NCBI GenBank assembly: GCA_963735525.1
Contig: CAVTLQ010000012.1
Span: 165,005-229,004 of the forward strand
DNA from: an uncultured Acidobacteriota bacterium
Lineage (GTDB): Bacteria > Acidobacteriota > Terriglobia > Acidiferrales > UBA7541
Length of the DNA: 64,000 nucleotides
Direction: 5' to 3'
The notes under the pieces are model-generated. The model worked only from the letters and a program-made list of their open reading frames with translations, was not told the origin of the DNA and made no database searches. Position numbers and translations under genes: made by a program. Positions within the stretch are counted from its first letter, which is position 1. Each line of letters begins with the position of its first letter. Positions 30,287 to 39,993 of the stretch are shown one piece after another.

Positions 30287-31360
30287 TCAGGCGATATCCT
30301 CGAGGGCGTGCAGCAGCTCTTGAGGGCTCACGCAGGCGGTGCCGAGTTTGCTGACGACGACGCCGGCGGCGGTGTTGGCGAGCGTGGCGGCGTCGGGTAG
30401 GGACGCGCCGGCGGCAGCGGCGAGGGCCAGCACACTGAGAACGGTGTCGCCAGCGCCGGTGACGTCGAAGACCTGGCGGCCGGTGGCGGCGCGATCGATG
30501 CCGGGCTGGCCGACGCGGGCGTAAGTGACCTCGAAGCCCGTGGCGGGAATGTGCAAGTGGCGCGGCGAGGTTTCCTCGAAGAGGCTCATGCCTTTCTCGC
30601 CTTGGGTGATCAGGACGGCGCCGCAGCCGAAGTGGGCGAGGAGCGCGCGGCCCGCTTCTTCCACAGATTTTTCGTCCGACAGAGAATGCGAGACGAACAG
30701 CGCTGCTTCCTTGGCGTTGCAAACGATGGCTTTGGCGCCGCGATAGGCGTAGAGGCGGGATCTCTTCGGCCCAACAAATACGGGGACTTGCAGGCGGTGG
30801 CAGGCGCTGAGGACGCGGTCGGCAAACGCGTCGCTGATGAGGCCCTTATCGTAGTCGGACAGGACCAGCGCGTCGAGACGCTTGAGCGCGGCGACCAGCG
30901 CGCGCAACAGGCGGCCCTCGATTTCCGGGTTGAGCGGCTCGCGGCGTTCGCGATCGACGCGAACGATATGCTGGTGGCGGGCAATGATGCGGGTCTTGAC
31001 GGTGGTGACGCGCTTGGGGTCGGCGAGAACGCCTTTGTCGCCGATGTTTGCCGCGCGAAGGCACTGGCGCAGTGCGTTGCCTGCTTCGTCGCCGCCTCGT
31101 GCATCACCAATCACGCCAAAGACTTCCACGCGCGCGCCGAGCGCGGCGAGATTCGCGGCGACGTTGCCCGCGCCGCCGAGGCATTCGCTTTGCTCGACGA
31201 AATCGACGACGGGGACGGCGGCTTCCGGGGAGAGCCGCGAGGCGGTGCCCCAGAGGTAGCGGTCCAGCATGAGGTCGCCGACAACGCCGATGCGCTTGCC
31301 ACGCAGGCGCGGGACGAGACGCTTTAGGCGGGAGACGGAGTCAGTGGGAGCGGTGGGCAT
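30287..31360 (-). CDS. rfaE1: D-glycero-beta-D-manno-heptose-7-phosphate kinase (RfaE/HldE domain I, PfkB family)
   Basis: GDLMLDRYLWG, RLSPEAAVPVV, GGAGNVAAN, LSDYDKG, VFDVTGAGDTV. Confidence 0.92.
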   Translation of the reverse strand: MPTAPTDSVSRLKRLVPRLRGKRIGVVGDLMLDRYLWGTASRLSPEAAVPVVDFVEQSECLGGAGNVAANLAALGARVEVFGVIGDARGGDEAGNALRQCLRAANIGDKGVLADPKRVTTVKTRIIARHQHIVRVDRERREPLNPEIEGRLLRALVAALKRLDALVLSDYDKGLISDAFADRVLSACHRLQVPVFVGPKRSRLYAYRGAKAIVCNAKEAALFVSHSLSDEKSVEEAGRALLAHFGCGAVLITQGEKGMSLFEETSPRHLHIPATGFEVTYARVGQPGIDRAATGRQVFDVTGAGDTVLSVLALAAAAGASLPDAATLANTAAGVVVSKLGTACVSPQELLHALEDIA

Positions 31361-31387
31361 GGCGGATTCTTGCGGGTTGGGCGCGCG

Positions 31388-31561
31388 TCATTCTTTGTCG
31401 ATGGTGGCCTCGTCCACGAGCATGACGGGAATTTCGTCGCGCACGGGATAGACGCGGCGGCAGGACTGGCATTTCAGGCCGGAGTTGTCTGGCGTTGGCT
31501 TGACCGGCGCCTTGCAGGCCGGGCAAACAAGAATGTCGAGCAGGTCTTGAGGGATTGGCAT
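31388..31561 (-). CDS. Trm112-family protein (57 aa, below the ORF-track cut-off)
   Basis: translated by hand: MPIPQDLLDILVCPACKAPVKPTPDNSGLKCQSCRRVYPVRDEIPVMLVDEATIDKE. Confidence 0.92.
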   Translation of the reverse strand: MPIPQDLLDILVCPACKAPVKPTPDNSGLKCQSCRRVYPVRDEIPVMLVDEATIDKE

Positions 31562-31735
31562 AGTTGGCTCCGAGGTAGCGAATGGGAACTGTAACAGAGG
31601 GGGGAGAGGAGAGTCGACAGTCGACGGTTGAAAGTTGGGCGGAGGGAGAAGAGTAGCGCCTTCCTACTGCGATCACCTGCAAAGGGTCGCTCCGTCTGCG
31701 AGGGGCTGGATTCAACACGTTTCGGTCGTAGGAAG

Positions 31736-31800
31736 ACAGACTTTTTGAGGGTCCCTTCGTTCCTCAGGGCAAGCAGGGTAAACAGGAGTGTCTGTGCCAC
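31736..31800 (-). repeat. nested composite REP-like element, copy 1
   Basis: 43-bp core at 31752-31794 is the exact reverse complement of 55091-55133. Confidence 0.9.
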
Positions 31801-32248
31801 CCCCCTCCCCCCCACCTTTTTTGGAAGTGCGGATTCTAAAGGAGTTGCGGGGAGAAATCGTGTAAGTGTTGAATCGGTTAGACTTGAAGTCGTTTGTTTT
31901 CAGTGCGGTCTCTTGTAGCTCGGAAGTGCGGATTCTAATAGGGTTAAAGTCGTTTGTTTTGATACAGATTCGTGAAGTTTTGTAAGTGCGGATTCTAAAG
32001 GAGTTGCGGGCGGGGATGCTTGGAAATCCGGATTCTAAAGAGGTTAGTGGGCGATTGGGTCTGGGAGAGTGGGTAGGTGCAGTAATGAGGTAATGAGGTA
32101 AAGAAGTAAGGAAGTAATGAGGTGAGAAGAGGAATCGGGAAGAGGTTTGGAGCGCGGACATAGAGGACCTTTCCAGCGTCCTCCGCGCTTGGACAATAAT
32201 GAGGGAGATAACACATGAGGTACGACTCAGTCAAGACAATTCTAGGGG
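31801..32248 (-). repeat. non-coding box-array module, copy 1
   Basis: 22-bp boxes (plus strand AAGTGCGGATTCTAAAGGAGTT and variants) at 31825, 31864, 31924, 31984, 32024; octamer array 32082-32121; TTGACT-N17-TTATCT on the minus strand at 32234-32206. Confidence 0.85.
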
Positions 32249-32502
32249 CTTTCCAGCTGGGCGGCAAGAGGTGTGCCGGGGTTGACGCCGAGTGGGGCAA
32301 GCCCGCGCCCTACAGGGATGAGGAGGAGGGCTTGCGGCACGGCTAAAAGCCGTGCCCTCCCGACAACCAGGCTGTGCCACGGGGGCTTTTTTCGGCAGGC
32401 GGTGGAGGGGTGCCCTGACGGTTTGGGGTGGATGGGCGTCAGAAGCTGGTGGGTTGGGGAACCGGCGGGGGCTCCCCTTCGTAGTGTAGTGAGGGGTGCA
32501 GC

Positions 32503-35061
32503 ATGCAAAGCCTGGCGGGGAATTTTCGGTACGCGTTGCGACAGTTCCGGATGGCGCCTGTTTTTACGGCGGCGGCGGTACTTACGCTGGCCTTGGGAAT
32601 CGGGGGAACCACGGCGATATTCACGTTGATCCATGCGGTGATGCTGAGGTCGCTGCCGGTGGCCGATCCGGGGAGGCTGTACCGGGTGGGAGAAGGCGAC
32701 GAATGCTGCGTGGAGGGGGGTCCCCAGGACGAGTGGGGGATGGTTTCGTACGCCTTGTACGAGCGGCTGAAGACGGAAACGCCGGAATTTGAACAAGTTG
32801 CAGCGTTCCAAGCAGGACGCTGGCGGATGGCGGTACGCCGCCAAGGCACGGAAAGTGTCGCCAGACCGTTGCGCGCCGAGTATGTCAGCGGGACTTACTT
32901 CTCCCTGCTTGGAGTGGGCGTGCTTGGCGGACGCGTGTTCACACCGGAGGATGACAAGCCCTCCGCCCCGCCAGCCCTGGTCCTGAGCCATCGCGCTTGG
33001 CAGACCATCTATGCCGGCGATCCCTCCGTGGTGGGCGCGACGTTCATCGTCGAAGGTCATCCGTTTACCGCGATCGGTGTCGCCCCAGCCGGCTTCTTCG
33101 GCGAAACCCTGCAAAGCGACCCGCCCGATTTGTGGGTTCCTCTCCAACAAGAACCCATGATCGCCGGAGAAGGCTCCTTGCTGCATCAGTCGATCTCCGC
33201 GTGGCTGCGGATGATGGGCCGGTTGAAGCCGGGAGCAACGACTGCGGGAATGTCTCCGCGGCTGACCGGAGTGTTGCGGCAGTGGTTACTAAACGATTCG
33301 GGATATCCCCCGAACTGGATGTCGGACGTTGAGAGATTGTTGCCCAAGCAAGTGCTCAACGTCGTTCCGGCCGGAGCAGGCATAGCGGTGATGAAAGAGG
33401 AGTACGGCAGGAGCCTGCAAATTCTGATGGCCGTATGCGGTCTGGTGCTGCTGATCGCGTGCGCCAATGTGGCCAACCTGCTGCTGGCCCGGGCGGTCGG
33501 GCGGCGCGGGCAAACCGCGGTGCGGCTGGCGATCGGAGCAACGCCGAGGCAAATCATTACCGAGGCGCTGACCGAGAGCGTGCTGCTGGCGATTGGCGGC
33601 GGAATCGCGGGGCTTGTGGTGGCCATGGCGGCGGCTAAGCTGCTGCTGGCGTTGGCCTTCCACGACGCGCACTTTTTGCCGATCAGCACGGCGCCGTCGC
33701 TGCTGGTGCTGGGCTTTGCGTTTGTTCTGTCGCTGCTGACGGGAATTATTTTCGGGGCCGCGCCGGCGTGGTTCGCGACGCGGACGGACCCGGCGGAGGC
33801 ACTGCGGGGATCGGGCCGCGGCACCAGCGACCGATCTACATTCGCGCGCAAGGCGCTGCTGGTGGTACAGGCGACTTTGTCGGTGGTGCTTGTCGCCGGG
33901 GCCACCATGCTGGGCCGAAGCCTGAACAAGCTCGAGCATCAGGACTTTGGGTACCAGGTCAAGGGACGCATTGAGGTTGACCTGCATAACCCGCCGGCAA
34001 GCTATACGCTTGCGCAACTGATGGCGCTGTACCGGCGAATGGAAGAAGAGCTCAATCACATGCCCGGCGTGCAGGGAGCCGGTTTGGCGATGTACAACCC
34101 GCTCACCGACAACTGGGGCGAGCTGATCATGGTGGCGGGCCATCCTCCCGGCAAGATGGATGAGGAATCCGGCGCGTCGTGGGACCGCGTGAGCGCCAAC
34201 TATTTGCAGAACTGGGGCATGCCGATCTTGCGCGGGCGATATTTCACCGCTGCGGACACGGAAACCACCGAGCCGGTGGCGATCGTCAATGAGGCCTTTG
34301 TGAAGCGCTTCTTCAAGAGCGACGAGGATCCGATGGATCGGCACTTCGGTCTGGATGTGCCCGAGCTGGCCAACACGTTCCGCATCGTGGGCGTGGTGCG
34401 AGACGCCAAATTCGCGGGCTGGGGACTGCAGCGCCCCGCGCGGCCGATGTTCTATGTGCCGCTGGCTCAAAACGTGGCGTATACAAACGAGTTGATGAAG
34501 AAACTGGAACTGCGCTCGCATTTCATCCAGGGAATCATGCTGGTGACAAATCTGTCGCCCGGCGTGTTGGAGCCGCAGTTGAACCGGTTGCTGGCGGAAA
34601 TCGATCCCAACTTGACGATGACCAGCGTGCGGAGCATGCAGCAACAGGTGGAACTTTCCTTCGATCAGGAGCGCGCCGTAGCCAGCCTGGCCGGCTTGTT
34701 CGGGGTCGTGGCGCTGGTGCTGGCGGCGATCGGTTTGTACGGCGTGACGGCGTACAGCGTTGCGCAGCGGACCAACGAGATCGGCATCCGCATGGCGCTG
34801 GGCGCGGATCGGACGCGCGTGATGCAACTGGTGCTTAGCGGGGCGTTCCGGCGCGTGGTGATCGGGTTGATCTTGGGGCTGCCACTGGCCGTCGGAGCTG
34901 GGCGGTTGATCGCGGCGCAACTTTACGGCGTTTCGTCTTGGGATCCACTGGCACTGGGCCTGGCTGCGGGGGCGCTGGCGATTTGCTCTTTTTTCGCGGC
35001 GATCATCCCGGCGAACCGGGCGGCGTCGATTTCGCCAGTGGAAGCTTTGCGGATTGAGTGA
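32503..35061 (+). CDS. ABC transporter permease, duplicated MacB/FtsX type (acidobacterial ADOP family)
   Basis: FRYALRQF...LTLALGIGGTTAIF, LLIACANVANLLLAR, QRTNEIGIRMALGA, ISPVEALRIE; no ATPase gene adjacent. Confidence 0.93.
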   Translation: MQSLAGNFRYALRQFRMAPVFTAAAVLTLALGIGGTTAIFTLIHAVMLRSLPVADPGRLYRVGEGDECCVEGGPQDEWGMVSYALYERLKTETPEFEQVAAFQAGRWRMAVRRQGTESVARPLRAEYVSGTYFSLLGVGVLGGRVFTPEDDKPSAPPALVLSHRAWQTIYAGDPSVVGATFIVEGHPFTAIGVAPAGFFGETLQSDPPDLWVPLQQEPMIAGEGSLLHQSISAWLRMMGRLKPGATTAGMSPRLTGVLRQWLLNDSGYPPNWMSDVERLLPKQVLNVVPAGAGIAVMKEEYGRSLQILMAVCGLVLLIACANVANLLLARAVGRRGQTAVRLAIGATPRQIITEALTESVLLAIGGGIAGLVVAMAAAKLLLALAFHDAHFLPISTAPSLLVLGFAFVLSLLTGIIFGAAPAWFATRTDPAEALRGSGRGTSDRSTFARKALLVVQATLSVVLVAGATMLGRSLNKLEHQDFGYQVKGRIEVDLHNPPASYTLAQLMALYRRMEEELNHMPGVQGAGLAMYNPLTDNWGELIMVAGHPPGKMDEESGASWDRVSANYLQNWGMPILRGRYFTAADTETTEPVAIVNEAFVKRFFKSDEDPMDRHFGLDVPELANTFRIVGVVRDAKFAGWGLQRPARPMFYVPLAQNVAYTNELMKKLELRSHFIQGIMLVTNLSPGVLEPQLNRLLAEIDPNLTMTSVRSMQQQVELSFDQERAVASLAGLFGVVALVLAAIGLYGVTAYSVAQRTNEIGIRMALGADRTRVMQLVLSGAFRRVVIGLILGLPLAVGAGRLIAAQLYGVSSWDPLALGLAAGALAICSFFAAIIPANRAASISPVEALRIE

Positions 35062-35136
35062 GCTAGGGCGTGCGGGGGTTTGGGCGCTGGCCGTCGGGTT
35101 GGTTAAAGGCGGCGCCAAGGCACCGCACTCCAAGTG

Positions 35137-36168
35137 CTATTTGGCCTGGGCGATGGTCTGGTAGGCCTTGGTGATGTTGGCGATGACGCTTTGGGAGAAG
35201 TTGGGGTCGAACTGAGCGGCGTATTTGGCGATGAGCACCTTGGAGACTTGCTTTTGGGCGTCTTCGAGGGTGGCGCCGGCGGAATAGGATTGCGCGGTTT
35301 CGTCGAGCAGATCGCGGAAGTATTGTTTCCAGAGCTCGAACTTCTGTTTGCCTTGCATGACGTCGCCGTGGCCGCCGAGGGCTTGGGTGAAGTCGAGCTT
35401 TTCGGCGGCGTCGAGGGTTTGAATCCAATCATAGGGATAACTGTCACCCATGAAGGGCGTCCAGCCGTGGAGGGCGTCGCCACAGACCAGGATTTTTTCT
35501 TTGGGGAGATAGACCCAGACGTCGCCGTTGGTGTGGGCGTTGCCGAGCCAAAGGATTTCGACGGTTCGGGTCTTGCGGTAGAGGATGAGGCTGCGATCGA
35601 AGGTCATCGTGGGCAAGGTGAATTGCATGCTTTTTAGCTCGGCGAGATAGGCTTCGGCTTGCTGCAGATTATTTTGGATTTCGTCTTTCTGCTTGGGGTC
35701 GGTGGCTTTCGCAAGGTCGGCTTTCAGCTTATCGATCTCGGCGGGCATGGTGGCGATTTCGTGCTTCACGCGGGGGATGCCACGCTCTTCGATATTGGCG
35801 CGCGTGGCCGCCGAGGAAATAATTTCGACGCCGGCGGGCCAAGAACTTGGGTAAGCCTGGTTTCCCTGATAGTGATCCCAATGAAAATGCGTATTAACGA
35901 CGTAACGGACCGGCTTGTCGGTGAGCTTCTTGATTTGCTCGATGAGAGCGCGAGCGGCGGAAGGTTTGGAGTGGGTGTCGACGACGAGAACGCTGTCGCC
36001 GAGGAGGATGATTGCGGCGTTGCAGTTTACTTTGTAGGCGGGCTTGGCGATCGCGGCGTAGACACCGTCGGCGATGGGCTTGATGTCGAAGAGATCTTCG
36101 GCGGCGCAGTTCGCGGAGAGGCTCGCGGAGAAGGTCAATAGCCCGGCTAGGCAGAGTAGGCGTTTCAT
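35137..36168 (-). CDS. exported MBL-fold metallo-hydrolase
   Basis: signal peptide MKRLLCLAGLL; NTHFHWDHYQGN, AHTNGD, GGHG. Confidence 0.9.
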   Translation of the reverse strand: MKRLLCLAGLLTFSASLSANCAAEDLFDIKPIADGVYAAIAKPAYKVNCNAAIILLGDSVLVVDTHSKPSAARALIEQIKKLTDKPVRYVVNTHFHWDHYQGNQAYPSSWPAGVEIISSAATRANIEERGIPRVKHEIATMPAEIDKLKADLAKATDPKQKDEIQNNLQQAEAYLAELKSMQFTLPTMTFDRSLILYRKTRTVEILWLGNAHTNGDVWVYLPKEKILVCGDALHGWTPFMGDSYPYDWIQTLDAAEKLDFTQALGGHGDVMQGKQKFELWKQYFRDLLDETAQSYSAGATLEDAQKQVSKVLIAKYAAQFDPNFSQSVIANITKAYQTIAQAK

Positions 36169-36256
36169 TGGCGCTCCTGTTTTTACGTGCGTTTTGCTGC
36201 GCAGGCTACTACTGGAGACTAGGGCGCGTAAAGAAAAAAGCCCGCCGAGACGCAGA

Positions 36257-36805
36257 TCAAGCAGGGCCGGCCGCGCGACCGCGGCGCACAAGCCAAGCTG
36301 TAGCGGCAAGTAGAGCGGATGGAAACCAAATCCAGAGGAGTTCGCTTCGGAGAACCGCAAGACCGCGAGCGGAGAAGAAACGCCCAACACCGATCGGCGA
36401 GACGCGAATAGGAGTCCAAGGGAGGAAGTAACGTAGGTTATCGAACGGAGAAAAAAAGGCGACCCCCAGACCGCCGTCAGTCATCGCATCCAGCAAACCG
36501 TGACTTGCGGTGGCGAGAAAGAAGTAGATCCATAAGTAGAATTTGCTAAGACCGGCGACATCACCACGAGATCCCAGGATCAAGGCGACGCTAGCCAGTA
36601 GTGCGGCGAAAACGAGGGAGTGCGTGAAGCCACGATGCCCCCAGAAGTCGCCGTAGGAAATCCCGAAGCGGAAGCCGATCACGTCCAGATCGGGAATTAC
36701 AGAGCAGAGGGCACCAATCAGCAGGACCCGTTTGGGAACGCCGGGGCGATAAAAGCATGCTCCAATTGCGAGAGCTGCGGCAGCGTGTGAGAAGACAGAA
36801 GCCAT
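36257..36805 (-). CDS. membrane metal-dependent hydrolase (YdjM/YbcI family)
   Basis: SH, PDLD, HRGFTHS, SHGLLDAMTDGG. Confidence 0.9.
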   Translation of the reverse strand: MASVFSHAAAALAIGACFYRPGVPKRVLLIGALCSVIPDLDVIGFRFGISYGDFWGHRGFTHSLVFAALLASVALILGSRGDVAGLSKFYLWIYFFLATASHGLLDAMTDGGLGVAFFSPFDNLRYFLPWTPIRVSPIGVGRFFSARGLAVLRSELLWIWFPSALLAATAWLVRRGRAAGPA

Positions 36806-36985
36806 CTTCGCGAGTCAAAGGTCCTCCACAAAATACCTGCGTCCCGAGCGATTCTCAACAAGTTTGGGAGATTGTCGTTCACATGTTTTCTGCGGTTGGC
36901 GTAGTATCTTGCGGCGGCGCGCGTCTCTGTTGGGTGAAGCAAAGACAGCGCGAGTAGGAACGGCGAAACGCTAGGCGGAGGGATC

Positions 36986-37861
36986 ATGCGAGTAAGACGA
37001 GAGTTGGGTTTGGTGTTGCTGCTGGGGTTGTGGGTGGTGCCGGCATGCGGCCAGATGACGGCGGCGATGCCGGAGGAGAAGAGCATCCCGGTGTTTGGGC
37101 AGACCATTCACTATTGGGATGTGGGGTCGGGGCCGGTGGTGGTGCTGGTGCACGGGCTGGGGAGCCGCAAAGAGGGCGACTGGGGACGCGCGGTGGTGGT
37201 GCTTAAGCAGAAGTACCGCGTGGTGGCGCTGGACCAGATCGGGTTCGGGCAGTCGGACAAGCCGTTGATGGATTACAGCATTCAGACGTACGTGGATTTC
37301 TTGAACGAGTTTTTGCACCAACTGAAAATCGAGAAGGCCAGTTTGGTGGGCGAATCGCTGGGTGGGTGGATTTCGGCGCTGTATTCGTTGGAGACATCGA
37401 GCGACGCGCACATGGTGCCCGTAGAGAAATTGGTGCTGGTGGATGCGGCCGGACTGCAACAGAGCAAGCCCATACCGGATTTGAATCCGAGCACGCTGGC
37501 CGCCGAGAAGAACTTGCTGCAGGTGGTATTTTACGATTCGAGCTGGGCGACCGACGAGGTGGTGAGGAACAGCCTTGCCGAACGGATTCGGGCGAACATC
37601 AGCTATACGGTGCGGAGCATTCTGAACAACCCTGTGCTGCCGTCGGAAAGACTGGACGGAAGGCTGGGCGGGATTCACGTGCCGACACTAGTGGTGTGGG
37701 GGAAGCAGGATGCGTTGCTGCCGATCGAGTCTGGGGAGCGCTACTCGAAGGAAATCGCGGGAGCGAAGCTGGTGAGCTTCGATAAATGCGGGCACGTACC
37801 GCCGGTGGAGAAGACGGCGGAGTTTGTGTCGGCGGTGACGGGGTTTTTGGATGGGAGATAG
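36986..37861 (+). CDS. exported alpha/beta hydrolase
   Basis: LVHGLG, DQIGFGQSDKP, GESLGG nucleophile elbow, WGKQD, CGH. Confidence 0.9.
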   Translation: MRVRRELGLVLLLGLWVVPACGQMTAAMPEEKSIPVFGQTIHYWDVGSGPVVVLVHGLGSRKEGDWGRAVVVLKQKYRVVALDQIGFGQSDKPLMDYSIQTYVDFLNEFLHQLKIEKASLVGESLGGWISALYSLETSSDAHMVPVEKLVLVDAAGLQQSKPIPDLNPSTLAAEKNLLQVVFYDSSWATDEVVRNSLAERIRANISYTVRSILNNPVLPSERLDGRLGGIHVPTLVVWGKQDALLPIESGERYSKEIAGAKLVSFDKCGHVPPVEKTAEFVSAVTGFLDGR

Positions 37862-37921
37862 CCGGAAGTGAGTAGTGCGAAGAGGAGTTGTTCGCGGCGT
37901 GGCCTGCATATCTGTGCCTGC

Positions 37922-39847
37922 ATGAAAAATTCAAGGCTAATGTGCGGATTTAGGTGGGTCTTGCTTGCCTTCGGCGTGTTGGCGCTGGCCTCCTTCGCAG
38001 GTGCGCAATCGGCGGCGGACGCGGGGTGGCCGAACTATGGGAATGATGGAGGTGGTTCGCGATATTCGGCGCTGACGCAGATCGATCGCGGCAACGTCGG
38101 GCAACTGCGGGTGGCGTGGACGTACCGCACCGGGGCGCTGGATGTAAAGACCGAGCTGAATCAGAAGGCGGCGTTTGAAGCTACGCCGATTCTGGTCGAG
38201 GGAAAGCTTTTCCTCAGCACGCCGTACGACCACGTGATTGCGCTGGATCCCCGCTCGGGAGAAAAACTTTGGGAGTTCGATCCCAAGCTTGATCTCTCTC
38301 ATGGCTACTCGGAAGTTACGTCGCGCGGAGTTTCGGCTTGGCGCGATGGCCGGGCGAAGGTGGCGCAGGCGTGTGCGCTGCGGATTTTTATCGGCACGCT
38401 GGATGCGCGGCTGATCGCTCTTGACGGGCAGACGGGAAAACCTTGCGCGGGCTTTGGTTCACAAGAGGGAGCTAAAGGGGGCGCGCAAGGACAGGTCGAT
38501 CTCACGCGGGACGTCGAGCTGCGGGATGTGGGCGACTATCAAGTGACCTCGGCGACCTCAATCGCCGGCGATCTGGTGATCGTGGGCTCATCGATTGGAG
38601 ATAACCGCGCGGTGGAACTCGAGCGCGGAATTGTGCGGGCGTTTGACGCGCGAACGGGCAAAGTGCGCTGGACCTGGGATCCGATTCCGTGGGCGAAGGA
38701 TACGAAACCGCGGACAGGCGCGGGCAATGCGTGGTCGACCATTTCCGTGGATGCGGAGCGCGATCTGGTGTTCGTGCCGACCGGAAGCGCCAGCCCGGAC
38801 TATTTCGGCGGGTTTCGCAAGGGTGACGACAAATGGGCGGACTCGGTAGTGGCGTTGCGGGCATCGACCGGAGAGTTCGTGTGGGGCTTCCAGGTGGTGC
38901 ATCACGATTTGTGGGACTACGACGTGGCCTCGCAGCCCGCGCTTTTCACGTGGAAAGACAAGACTCCAGCCATCGCGATCACGACAAAAATGGGACGCGT
39001 GTTCGTGTTGAACCGGGTGAATGGAAAGCCACTGTTTCCCGTGGAGGAACAGGCCGTGTCCAAGAGCGATATTCCGGGCGAGGAAGCGTGGCCGACACAG
39101 CCGTCCGGCATTTCGCTCGTGCCTGAGGGTCTAAAGCCCGGCGATGCGTGGGGTTTCACTCCCGAGGAAAAGCAGTGGTGCGAAGACAGGATTAAGGCTT
39201 CGCGGTCGGAAGGAATCTTCACTCCACCGAGTTTGCAAGGGACGCTGGTCTTCCCCGGAAATGCGGGCGGCGTGAATTGGAGCAGCTCCGCGTTTGATCC
39301 GCAGCGGCATCTGCTGATCATGAATACGAATCATCTGGCAATGTGGGTGAAATTGATCGAGCGGGACAAATTGGCGAGCGTGTATGCGGAGAGAGAGCAA
39401 AACCGCATGACGGGCGAGTTTGCGCGGCAAACGGGCGCGCCGTACGGGATGTATCGGGAACCGTTCTTGTCCGCGAAAGGTACGCCTTGTACAGCGCCAC
39501 CTTGGGGAACGACAGCGGCGTTGGATCTTTTTACCGGAAAGAAAGTATGGGATGTGCCGCTGGGCAGTTATTCGACGGCGCTGCAAACGGGCACTGTGAA
39601 CTTCGGAGGGCCCATCGTCACGGCGGGAGGTGTGGTCTTCACGGCTGCGGCGACGGATAACTACTTGCGGGCGTTTGACGTTGACACCGGAAAAGAGATT
39701 TGGAAGTTCGAGCTGCCGGCGAGCGGGCAGGCTACTCCTATGACTTACGGCGTGAACGGGAAGCAATACCTGGTGATTGCGGCGGGTGGACACGGGAAGT
39801 TGGGCACCAAGCAAGGGGATTACGTTTTGGCGTTTACGTTGCCGTAG
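37922..39847 (+). CDS. PQQ-dependent dehydrogenase (glucose/quinate/shikimate family, soluble periplasmic type)
   Basis: WPNYG...RYSALTQI, FEATP, HHDLWDYD, GGVNW, QATPMTY; signal peptide rather than the 5-TM anchor. Confidence 0.92.
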   Translation: MKNSRLMCGFRWVLLAFGVLALASFAGAQSAADAGWPNYGNDGGGSRYSALTQIDRGNVGQLRVAWTYRTGALDVKTELNQKAAFEATPILVEGKLFLSTPYDHVIALDPRSGEKLWEFDPKLDLSHGYSEVTSRGVSAWRDGRAKVAQACALRIFIGTLDARLIALDGQTGKPCAGFGSQEGAKGGAQGQVDLTRDVELRDVGDYQVTSATSIAGDLVIVGSSIGDNRAVELERGIVRAFDARTGKVRWTWDPIPWAKDTKPRTGAGNAWSTISVDAERDLVFVPTGSASPDYFGGFRKGDDKWADSVVALRASTGEFVWGFQVVHHDLWDYDVASQPALFTWKDKTPAIAITTKMGRVFVLNRVNGKPLFPVEEQAVSKSDIPGEEAWPTQPSGISLVPEGLKPGDAWGFTPEEKQWCEDRIKASRSEGIFTPPSLQGTLVFPGNAGGVNWSSSAFDPQRHLLIMNTNHLAMWVKLIERDKLASVYAEREQNRMTGEFARQTGAPYGMYREPFLSAKGTPCTAPPWGTTAALDLFTGKKVWDVPLGSYSTALQTGTVNFGGPIVTAGGVVFTAAATDNYLRAFDVDTGKEIWKFELPASGQATPMTYGVNGKQYLVIAAGGHGKLGTKQGDYVLAFTLP

Positions 39848-39866
39848 CGCTTCGCAAGTGCGCGCG

Positions 39867-39896
39867 AAAGCGCCCGCTTCGGAAAGCGGCCGCTAC
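39867..39896 (-). repeat. GTAG REP-like element, second copy at 26733-26763 (+)
   Basis: reverse complement GTAGCGGCCGCTTTCCGAAGCGGGCGCTTT versus GTAGCGGCCGCTTTCTGAAGCGGGCGCCTTT. Confidence 0.85.
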
Positions 39897-39993
39897 AGCG
39901 CGGTTTTCGTGCGTCAGGGCTGGGACGCGCTAAAGCGCGCCCCTACATTGACTAGCTTAGGCCTGGGCGTTTGAGGCGCAGCAGGCTGCGCCC

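Noticed and set aside
31825-32045. CRISPR array interpretation of the box arrays (also 58458-58650)
   Set aside because: Repeats are degenerate, periods are irregular (31-60 bp), inverted boxes are interleaved and there are no cas genes; kept as a non-CRISPR array finding
33289-35133. Long antisense ORFs (this 614-aa one, also 17571-19265, 61319-62821, 47742-48992)
   Set aside because: Shadow frames of well-supported genes in high-GC DNA; no recognisable motifs
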